Positions 1 to 7,100 of a DNA stretch of 20,000 nucleotides are shown here, in pieces (within the stretch, counting starts at the first letter, position 1; each line of letters opens with the position of its first letter). Made by a program: the position numbers and the translations under genes. Source of the stretch: an uncultured Clostridia bacterium (GTDB lineage: Bacteria; CAYTYR01; UBA6262); the NCBI GenBank assembly GCA_964441745.1, contig CAYTYR010000012.1:55866-75865 (forward strand). Direction: 5' to 3'. The notes under the pieces are model-generated. The model was given only the letters and a program-made list of their open reading frames with translations, searched no databases and was not told the DNA's origin.

Positions 1-591
1 TTCTGCCGCCTGGCCGACATCAGCTGCCAGCAGGAAACTTACTTTCTTATAGGTGATCTTGATCACCATTGAATTGTCATTAGGATTATTAAATCTTTTT
101 GGCGATGGATTGAGCGCCAGGACCTGCAAGGAAGGTCCGAAATCCAGTTTATCTCCGGCACTGGCCAGGCGATACCTGATATTTTTCTCCTTCACTATCT
201 GCAACAGCTTAATATATTCATCATCTGTAACCCCGCCCCCGCCTTCCAAGGTATCGACAAATTCCCCTACTGGATAAGCAGATAGGACATCGATCAAACC
301 ATCCATGTGGTCGGTATGGCCATGAGTCAGGATCACAATATCCAGTTTTTTGATTTTTTTCTTCTGCAGGAAGGGATTGACTATCCTGTCCCCAATACGA
401 TATGACAGCTTCCGGTAGGCTGGTACGCCGCCGCCGTCAATGAGGATATTTTTCCCATCAGGGGCCTCTACCAGAATACTGTCACCCTGGCCGACATCAA
501 TAAAAGATACGACCAGGTCCCGGGCAAAAGCAGAGGAGAAGTACAGGAGGGAAAGCAATACAGCGATCAGTAATTTATTTCTTCTGGGCAT
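1..591 (-). CDS. Secreted ComEC/Rec2-type metallo-beta-lactamase-fold hydrolase (stand-alone MBL domain), 3' end outside window
   Basis: Not in the ORF track; translated by hand from ATG at 591-589: MPRRNKLLIAVLLSLLYFSSAFA-RDLVVSFIDVGQGDSILVEAPDGKNILIDGGG...LDIVILTHGHTDHMDGL...NPNDNSMVIKITYKKVSFLLAADVGQAAE, open to base 1. DVGQGD, LIDGG, HxHxDH and NDNS are hallmark motifs of the ComEC/Rec2 MBL domain. The N-terminus looks like a Sec signal peptide ending AFA. Confidence 0.88.
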   Translation of the reverse strand, partial: MPRRNKLLIAVLLSLLYFSSAFARDLVVSFIDVGQGDSILVEAPDGKNILIDGGGVPAYRKLSYRIGDRIVNPFLQKKKIKKLDIVILTHGHTDHMDGLIDVLSAYPVGEFVDTLEGGGGVTDDEYIKLLQIVKEKNIRYRLASAGDKLDFGPSLQVLALNPSPKRFNNPNDNSMVIKITYKKVSFLLAADVGQAAE

Positions 592-811
592 TTTTCTTCA
601 GCAGTTCAGCTTGCAGGTCTTTGATTTTTTTCTTTTGCGTTTTTTCAACTTTTTTATTCAGGGCCATAGCGATATCAATACAAGCGCCCTCATAAACTCT
701 TAAAGGCAGGTTAGCCACTGGAATTACCAGCTCTCCCCCGCCTCTGATCCTGATCACCGCTATTCTGCCGTCCTCTATCCGGTCAACAATGCCTAACACC
801 TGGAACTCCAA
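575..811 (-). CDS. DUF3006-like small protein
   Basis: 78 aa, TTG start. GIVDRIEDGRIAVI...IPVANLPLRVYEGACI plus a charged C-terminal helix matches the DUF3006 pattern (vDRiEg..avl...lP....EGd.l). It overlaps the MBL gene start by 17 nt, a commonly seen pairing. Confidence 0.75.
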   Translation of the reverse strand: MEFQVLGIVDRIEDGRIAVIRIRGGGELVIPVANLPLRVYEGACIDIAMALNKKVEKTQKKKIKDLQAELLKKNAQKK

Positions 812-818
812 TCCTGAG

Positions 819-879
819 GCGTATAGCGTATAGCGTTTAGAAAGGCTTTCCTATACGCTTAACGCTACCCGCTAAACGC
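819..879. repeat. Inverted array of heptamer tandem repeats forming a long imperfect hairpin
   Basis: GCGTATA-GCGTATA-GCGTTTA (819-839), centre GAAAGGCTTTCC (840-851), then TATACGC-TTAACGC-TACCCGC-TAAACGC (852-879). The right arm is the degenerate reverse complement of the left and abuts the proB stop codon. Confidence 0.85.
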
Positions 880-1986
880 TTACAATATTACCAAATTGTC
901 CCGGTGAATCACTTCATCGTAATCCTTGTGCCCGATGATTTTCATGATCTCTGAAGTCTTCTTGCCTTTGATCTTCTCTATCTCATCGCTGGAGAAAGAC
1001 ACCAAGCCGCGGGCGATCTCATCCCCGTCCGCATCTACCACAGTGACCATATCTCCCAAATGGAAAGTTCCCTCTACATCAGTAATACCACTCGGCAGTA
1101 AGCTTTTGCCCATTTTCAATAGCGCTTTAGCTGCTCCGGCATCTATATATAACTTACCGCTGGCTTTATTGGCAAACGCGATCCACTTCTTCCGGCCGCT
1201 GATCTTTTCATGGCGCGGCAGGAACTTGGTCCCGATATCGTCACCCTGGAATACTTCAGTCAGGATACCCGGTTTCATGCCATCAGCGATCACTACCATC
1301 ACGCCGCTGGTCGTGGCAATTTTGGCTGCCTGGATCTTGGTATACATGCCGCCAACACCGCGGGTACTGCCGGTGGATTTCAAAGCGATCTTTTCCACCT
1401 CTTCATCGATCACATCTACAGTGTGGATCATCTCTGCGTCTTTATCCTTGCGCGGGTCAGTGGTATATAAGCCAGCCACATCACTTAGGATGATCAGCAG
1501 GTCAGCCTCCACCTTGCTCGCCACCAAAGCTGACAAGGTGTCATTATCGCCAAATCGTATTTCATCCACCGCGACCGTATCGTTTTCATTGACGATCGGT
1601 ATTACTTTATATTCCAGTAAGGTCATGATCGTATTGCGGACATTCAAGTAGCGTTCCCGGGTGCGCATATCTTCCTGGGTCAATAATATCTGCGCCACAT
1701 TCAAGCCGTTTTCACTGAACAATTCCTCGTAATGATGCATCAGATAAGTTTGCCCCACTGCAGCTGCCGCCTGTTTTTCGCGGACACTTTGCGGCCGGGT
1801 TTTCAATCCCAATTTGCCCATACCGGCGCCAACCGCGCCGCTGGTCACCAGGATGACTTCCCGTCCCTGGCGGGACATCTCCACCACTTGCTCCACCAGG
1901 ATGCGCATATGCGGCAGGTTCAGATGCCCATTTTCATCTGTCAATGTGCTCGTCCCTATTTTTATCACAACTCTTTTGTAATGCAT
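880..1986 (-). CDS. proB: Glutamate 5-kinase with C-terminal PUA domain
   Basis: 368 aa. KRVVIKIGTSTL, LVTSGAVGAG, KQAAAAVGQ, IPIVNENDTVAVDEIRFGDNDTLSALVA, GGMYTKIQAA, and PUA domain GKSLLPSGI...EVIHRDNLV. SD GAGGAG upstream; usual position after obg. Confidence 0.98.
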   Translation of the reverse strand: MHYKRVVIKIGTSTLTDENGHLNLPHMRILVEQVVEMSRQGREVILVTSGAVGAGMGKLGLKTRPQSVREKQAAAAVGQTYLMHHYEELFSENGLNVAQILLTQEDMRTRERYLNVRNTIMTLLEYKVIPIVNENDTVAVDEIRFGDNDTLSALVASKVEADLLIILSDVAGLYTTDPRKDKDAEMIHTVDVIDEEVEKIALKSTGSTRGVGGMYTKIQAAKIATTSGVMVVIADGMKPGILTEVFQGDDIGTKFLPRHEKISGRKKWIAFANKASGKLYIDAGAAKALLKMGKSLLPSGITDVEGTFHLGDMVTVVDADGDEIARGLVSFSSDEIEKIKGKKTSEIMKIIGHKDYDEVIHRDNLVIL

Positions 1987-2015
1987 GGAAAACTCCTCGG
2001 CAACGACTCGAGACT

Positions 2016-3278
2016 CTATTCGCTATATTCAAATTCTATCTTGCCAATATGCACCATATCACCTGGCTTGATCCCTTTATCCTGCAGGGCCTTTTCCAAG
2101 CCGATCTTCTTAAAGATATTATGCATCCGCACCAGGGCTTCTTCCTCTTCCTTCCAGGTCATGGCGGCTATCTTTTCTATATGCTTGCCGCTGATCACAA
2201 ATTCACCATCGACTATTTTAATGGTAAAGGAATGCGTCGGGGTAAATTCCTGCACTCGTTCCGTCATTACTATTGGCTCAGGTTCAGGAGCATTTTCCAG
2301 CTCTTTATTGACTGCCCCCATAAGCTCTTTCAGGCCAATGCCAGCCATAGCTGAAATAACATATATTGGCTTTTTTTTCAAATGTTTTTTAAACTGTTTG
2401 ATTTGTTCATCAGCTTCCGGCAGGTCTGACTTATTCAGAGCTATCACTTGCGGCTTCTTGGCCAGTTTTGGGCTGTATAATTTCAATTCCTTGTTAATGG
2501 ACTGGTAATTTTCCCAGGCGCTTTTGTTATCAAAACCAAACACATCAATAATATGGACTACTACTTTGGTGCGTTCAATATGCCGCAAAAACTCATCACC
2601 CAGGCCGACGCCGCTATGCGCGCCATCGATCAAGCCGGGAATATCTGCTACGACAAAACTGGATCCGGCGCCGAAACTCACGACGCCTAAGTTGGGAGTG
2701 ATGGTAGTAAAAGGATAATCTGCGATTTTTGGTTTAGCTTTGGAAATACGGGAGAGCAGCGTGGATTTACCGGCATTGGGATACCCTACTAAGCCGACAT
2801 CAGCCAGCAGTTTTAACTCGAGATTGAGGGTGATCTCAGCGCCAGGTTCACCGCGTTCGGCTATCCTGGGAGCCTGGCGGTTGGCAGATTTAAATTTGGC
2901 ATTGCCCCGGCCGCCGCGGCCGCCACGGGCGACCAGTAATTCCTGTCCGTCTTCTGCCAGGTCAGCTAAGACTTGGCCAGTACTAGTATCCTGGACCACT
3001 GTCCCGATGGGCACATAAATAAATAAAGGCGGAGCACTCCTGCCATATCTGTTATTACCTTGTCCGTTCTTACCGCTCTCAGCCTCATAATGCGGCCGGA
3101 TCTTCAGGTCAAACAAGGTACGCAAGGTTGCCCTTGCTTTAACAATGACATCTCCACCTTTACCGCCATCGCCGCCGTCCGGCCCACCCAGGGGCACAAA
3201 CTTCTCGCGATGGAAACATATACAGCCATCGCCGCCGTTCCCGGCTTTGACGAATATTTTACTATGGTCAACAAACAT
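2016..3278 (-). CDS. obgE: GTPase ObgE/CgtA with C-terminal OCT (DUF1967-like) domain
   Basis: 420 aa. Gly-rich Obg fold (AGNGGDG, FHREKFVPLGGPDGGDGGKGG), G1 GYPNAGKST, G2 DYPFTT, G3 DIPGL, G4 NKSD. C-terminal IGLEKALQDKGIKPGDMVHIGKIEFEY is typical of the OCT domain. Confidence 0.98.
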   Translation of the reverse strand: MFVDHSKIFVKAGNGGDGCICFHREKFVPLGGPDGGDGGKGGDVIVKARATLRTLFDLKIRPHYEAESGKNGQGNNRYGRSAPPLFIYVPIGTVVQDTSTGQVLADLAEDGQELLVARGGRGGRGNAKFKSANRQAPRIAERGEPGAEITLNLELKLLADVGLVGYPNAGKSTLLSRISKAKPKIADYPFTTITPNLGVVSFGAGSSFVVADIPGLIDGAHSGVGLGDEFLRHIERTKVVVHIIDVFGFDNKSAWENYQSINKELKLYSPKLAKKPQVIALNKSDLPEADEQIKQFKKHLKKKPIYVISAMAGIGLKELMGAVNKELENAPEPEPIVMTERVQEFTPTHSFTIKIVDGEFVISGKHIEKIAAMTWKEEEEALVRMHNIFKKIGLEKALQDKGIKPGDMVHIGKIEFEYSE

Positions 3279-3300
3279 CTAAAGTCCCTTGGAAGCCTTA

Positions 3301-3564
3301 CTATTTCGACAAGGGGAGGACGGAAATCTGTCTGGCTCCGCCTTTAGTATACTTGAATTCCACTTTACCATCGATCAAGGCAAAAAGAGTATCATCTTTG
3401 CCAATACCCACGTTCAAGCCGGGATAAAACCTGGTGCCACGCTGCCTGACTAAAATATTGCCACCCTTGACTATTTGCCCGTCTCCTCTTTTTACGCCTA
3501 ACCGCTTGCCGGACGAATCCCGGCCGTTTACGGCTGAACCGCCGCCACTCTTATTCCCTGACAT
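3301..3564 (-). CDS. rpmA: 50S ribosomal protein L27 (bL27), short type with atypical N-terminus
   Basis: 87 aa. [58 protein letters not shown] 6 nt before the ATG; lies between rplU and obgE. Confidence 0.98.
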   Translation of the reverse strand: MSGNKSGGGSAVNGRDSSGKRLGVKRGDGQIVKGGNILVRQRGTRFYPGLNVGIGKDDTLFALIDGKVEFKYTKGGARQISVLPLSK

Positions 3565-3595
3565 TTAATTCACCTCTAATTTTTTATTATCTGTG

Positions 3596-3623
3596 CTGCG
3601 CCCGCCGACGCATTAGTGGCGGG
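3596..3623. repeat. 28-bp GC-rich palindromic element in the rplU-rpmA spacer
   Basis: CTGCG-CCCGCC-GACGCATTAGT-GGCGGG. CCCGCC (3601-3606) pairs with GGCGGG (3618-3623). Flanked by ATCTGTG and TAATCAG in otherwise AT-rich DNA. Confidence 0.7.
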
Positions 3624-3632
3624 TAATCAGTT

Positions 3633-3944
3633 TTACAAAGATATTCCGGTTATTTTTAATCTCGTAAAATCCTGCCTGTGCCCTTTCATTAAGGCATAGG
3701 ATTTCTTGGATTTGTACTTATAGACCACTACTTTTTTCTTCCGGTCGTCTAATACGACTTCCGCGTTTACCGTAGCTTTATCCAAAGAAGGTTTGCCAAC
3801 GCTGATCTTGTCCCCGTCAGCTACCATTAATACTTTGGCCAGTTTGATTTTGTCGCCTGGTTTTTTTTGCATTCTGGGCACATCAACAATATCGCCTTCT
3901 TTGACGCGATACTGGAATCCAGCTTCTTCAATAATTGCGTACAT
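3633..3944 (-). CDS. rplU: 50S ribosomal protein L21 (bL21)
   Basis: 103 aa. MYAIIEEAGFQYRVKEGD, KVLMV...VGKP, KKVVVYKYKSKK...KGHRQDFTRLKITGI. SD GAGGAG upstream. Confidence 0.98.
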   Translation of the reverse strand: MYAIIEEAGFQYRVKEGDIVDVPRMQKKPGDKIKLAKVLMVADGDKISVGKPSLDKATVNAEVVLDDRKKKVVVYKYKSKKSYALMKGHRQDFTRLKITGISL

Positions 3945-3959
3945 GTCTTGCTCCTCTCA

Positions 3960-4020
3960 TTTTTAATCTGTGTAATCAGCTTTTTAATCTGTGTAATCAG
4001 CTTTTTAATCTGTGTAATCA
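3960..4020. repeat. Direct tandem repeat, 21-bp unit x 2.9
   Basis: TTTTTAATCTGTGTAATCAGC at 3960-3980 and 3981-4001, plus a 19-bp third copy at 4002-4020. Copies are identical, with no spacers. Confidence 0.95.
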
Positions 4021-4044
4021 TTTGCTATGCTAAGCATAGCAAAT
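4020..4044. promoter_or_regulatory. Perfect 11-bp inverted repeat (RNA hairpin or dyad operator) upstream of rplU
   Basis: ATTTGCTATGC-TAA-GCATAGCAAAT. The structure is seen directly; its function is not determined. Confidence 0.55.
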
Positions 4045-4076
4045 AAATAAAAGCAATAAGAGAGCCTCTTATTGCT
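4041..4076 (-). terminator. Intrinsic terminator-like hairpin with U-rich tail
   Basis: Minus strand AGCAATAAGAG-GCT-CTCTTATTGCT (4076-4052) followed by TTTATTTATTT, about 57 nt after the giant gene's stop. The stem is AT-rich for a terminator. Confidence 0.6.
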
Positions 4077-4083
4077 CTGTATA

Positions 4084-4112
4084 TATATATCCTATTTAAC
4101 CGTTTTTGTCAA
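4084..4112 (-). promoter_or_regulatory. Candidate sigma70-type promoter for the rplU-rpmA-obgE-proB operon
   Basis: Minus strand perfect -35 TTGACA (4112-4107), 17-nt spacer, then TATATA (4089-4084). The -10 matches TATAAT at 4/6 and lacks the conserved last T. Confidence 0.5.
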
Positions 4113-4133
4113 TAACAAACTTCAACCAAAAAA

Positions 4134-7100
4134 TTACCTTAAACGGGCCATTTTCTTCTTGATTACCTTTTCCTGGCCATTACCACGGATGATCAAACGA
4201 TATATATATACTCCATTGGCTATATCTTCGCCATATCTGTTCTTACCATTCCAGAAGGTTTCATTATAGCCAGCTTCCCTGGCTCCATCTCCTGTTTCAT
4301 ATATAAGCTCACCATTAAGATCATACACTTCTATTCGTACTTCATCGGCAGTACTGGGAAGGACATAAGTAAATTTAGTATCTTCTTTGAACGGATTAGG
4401 ATAGTTAATAACTTTTTCAGCGTTAATCTCATCTGAAACCAGGAAAATTATCTCTTGGCTGACAGTTTTATTATTGGCCCGGTCATAAGCTTCTACTTTA
4501 GCAGAGTATGTGCCATTAGGTAACTCATTATCAGGACAATAACTGCCCTTCCAATCAGGTGCGGCTATTTCCTGCACTAAGCAAGTTTTGGCTTCACTAT
4601 TTAATATAACCTTTACCTGATTAACATCAATACCGCTGGTCTGGTCAAACAAACCAAATTTAAGCTCCGGCCTGGCGGAAACATAATCACCATTTATAAA
4701 GTTATCCTGTATTTTAACATTACTGATAGCCGGAGCAACTGTATCGATCAGGAACGACCAGCTAACCGCTGCCTGGTTGCCATTCAAATCCTTTACCTGT
4801 ATTTCTGCAGTATGCCAGCCTTCGCTCCAGCCGCTCGCCAATTGCCCTTTTACTTTTTTAATATTACTTAGTACTGTATTAACCTTCTCCACTGATTTAT
4901 CATAGGCAAAAGCATTAGCTTTACCGTCAATTTTCAAAGATACGCTGGTCAAATCGATCCCAACGCCGGTATCCTGAATGAGCGCGCTAATATCAGGATT
5001 GGGATTATTTAGGAATACCCCATTAGCCGGAGTAATCTCGCTTATTACCGGCGGAGTAGTATCAACTGCTGTATTTTTATCAAAGGAAGCTGTATTCCCG
5101 GCTATATCCTGTACGGTAATAGTGAACTTAAGGATACCATTAACCAAAGTTTCTGTTGGTTGATACAGCAATTGCCCGGTAGCTGTTTCATAAGAGCAAG
5201 TGATTGGCTGATCATTGTATTTTACCTTTATGGTCTTAGGATCAATACCGCTAAATGAATCAGTCAAACTGAAAAGCAGGATTGGCTTATCGACAGCTAT
5301 GCTGATCCCGTCTTCATTGACCAAGTTGGATATAGCCGGAGGTGTAAGATCGACCTTAAATGACCACTTTAATGCAGAAGTATTCCCGGCATTATCCTGG
5401 CATAGTACGATAAATTCGTGGTTCCCTTCCTGCCAGGTCACGGCATTGCTCAAAGTCACAGTCCCGTTATTGTCATAAGTGCAATCGATTGGATTACCAT
5501 CGAGTTTGGCCTGTAATCCGGTTCCCGTTGTACCGCTAATACTATCTGTAATTCTGACAAAAGCAGCCTTCGCGCCATTATAGAAGCTATCCGGCAGCGG
5601 ATAATATTGCTCTGCTACCGGCCCTTGTGTATCTATACTGAATTTCCAATCTACAGTGATCTGTTCCCCTACTATATCTTTGCCCTTCAGCCTAACATTA
5701 TGCAAGCCGTCTATCAGGCTATTGGGAATATAAACCATCCGGCCGGAAAGTTCATCATAATGAGATGCCACTTTATTATTATCCAGATATAATTCGACAG
5801 TTTGTGGGTCTATTCCGCCGCCCACATCTGATAATAAGCAGGAAATAACCGGTTTACTGACATTGGTAATAGTATTATCCGCCGGGGTTAGCGTGGTCAC
5901 TTTCGGCGCTTCGTTATCTACGGTAAATTCCCATTTGAATTCAGTCTTATTTTCAACCACATCTTCGGCATAGACTGACACTGTATGCTTTCCCGGCGCC
6001 AGCATTTCAATCGGGGTATAATTTAATTGCCCGCGGAAATATTCTGAAGATGAGTAAATATGTTTGACTACCTGCCCATCCAGTTTCACAACTATGGTAT
6101 CAGGATCGATACCAGTTCCCATATCTTCTACTGTGGCGCTGATTTCCGGCGTAAAATCTTTGGTAGCCGTATTTTGCTCAGGCTGTAATTTAATAATCTT
6201 AGGCGGATTCTGTTCTGCAAACACCGCAAATTTGCCTACCCTGGTCGGGACCGCTACCATGGCTTGCTTATCAGGATCGTAAAAACTGTCTTTCAAGACT
6301 TCCCACCGGCCAGGCTGTGTGACTGTGCCGTTGGCGTCTTTTTCTTCTTCAACAAACCCGTATACTTTCATTTTTGAAGTTACTATGGTGTACTTTTCAT
6401 CAGGATCAAGGGTTTCTCCTCCGCCGCCATAACTCCGGTTCAACAAATTATCCAGCGCTGCCATATCAATACCCATTTCGAGGATAGGGGTACCGTTAAG
6501 AGTGACTTTGGACAGATCAAATCCCGGATCGTATCCCCCACCAGCAGTATTCCATATTTCCGGGGGCGGGCCTGTTCCCGTGTTTAAATTTATATTATAA
6601 CTTTGTCCAACCATCACTATCCCAGGATGATACTTGCTCATATCTATGGTTACCGGCTGGACTGTCCCTTCGGAAACAACTGCCGGAACTTCTTCGTACT
6701 CATTGGTGACATAGTACAAATACCTGGGAGCTTCAATAGTACTTGGAGCACCAGGCCCTTGCGGAATGACCGGCTGAACTCCAGCCGGAATGATAAGTTC
6801 AACTTTTTTATCGACACTGGTTACCTTGCCGCCTGTGGCCACTGGGATGTCCGCAACTGCTAAACCAGTCTTGGTCTCCACCACCTCACCGATGGTTAAA
6901 TCCGGGCTAAACACAGTAATATTAACTTCCCCATTGTAATAAGAAAGCTGTTGAGGCAGGTAGGTAACATACTTAATTTCATTTTTCTGGGTGGTTGGAT
7001 TATATACTTCCAAAGCATCAACGTTTACTGTCACCGGCGGCGGCATTACTCCTTCTGCATCAGGCGAAGCGCCAGGGAAATCAAGCACTAATTTGATAGT

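Noticed and set aside
53-703. Plus-strand ORFs 53-277 and 440-703
   Set aside because: Antisense to the MBL-fold and DUF3006-like genes, which have clear family motifs.
926-3347. Plus-strand ORFs (926-1651, 1210-1470, 1732-2508, 1944-2354, 2524-2718, 2740-3018, 3060-3347)
   Set aside because: Antisense shadows of proB/obgE with no recognisable motifs.
3565-3632. prp (ysxB) ribosomal-processing protease between rplU and rpmA
   Set aside because: The spacer is only 68 bp, and L27 has no cleavable N-terminal extension.
3960-4020. CRISPR array
   Set aside because: Repeats are contiguous with no spacers, and there are no cas genes in the window.
3827-4021. 64-aa minus-strand ORF MITQIKKLITQIKKL... 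as a leader peptide
   Set aside because: It is the translation of the 21-bp repeat, has no SD, and overlaps rplU out of frame by 118 nt.
4080-4090. (TA)n microsatellite as a phase-variation switch at the -10 box
   Set aside because: Only about 5 units, and similar runs occur inside coding sequence (~4200, ~19950) as Tyr-Ile codons; not supportable without read data.
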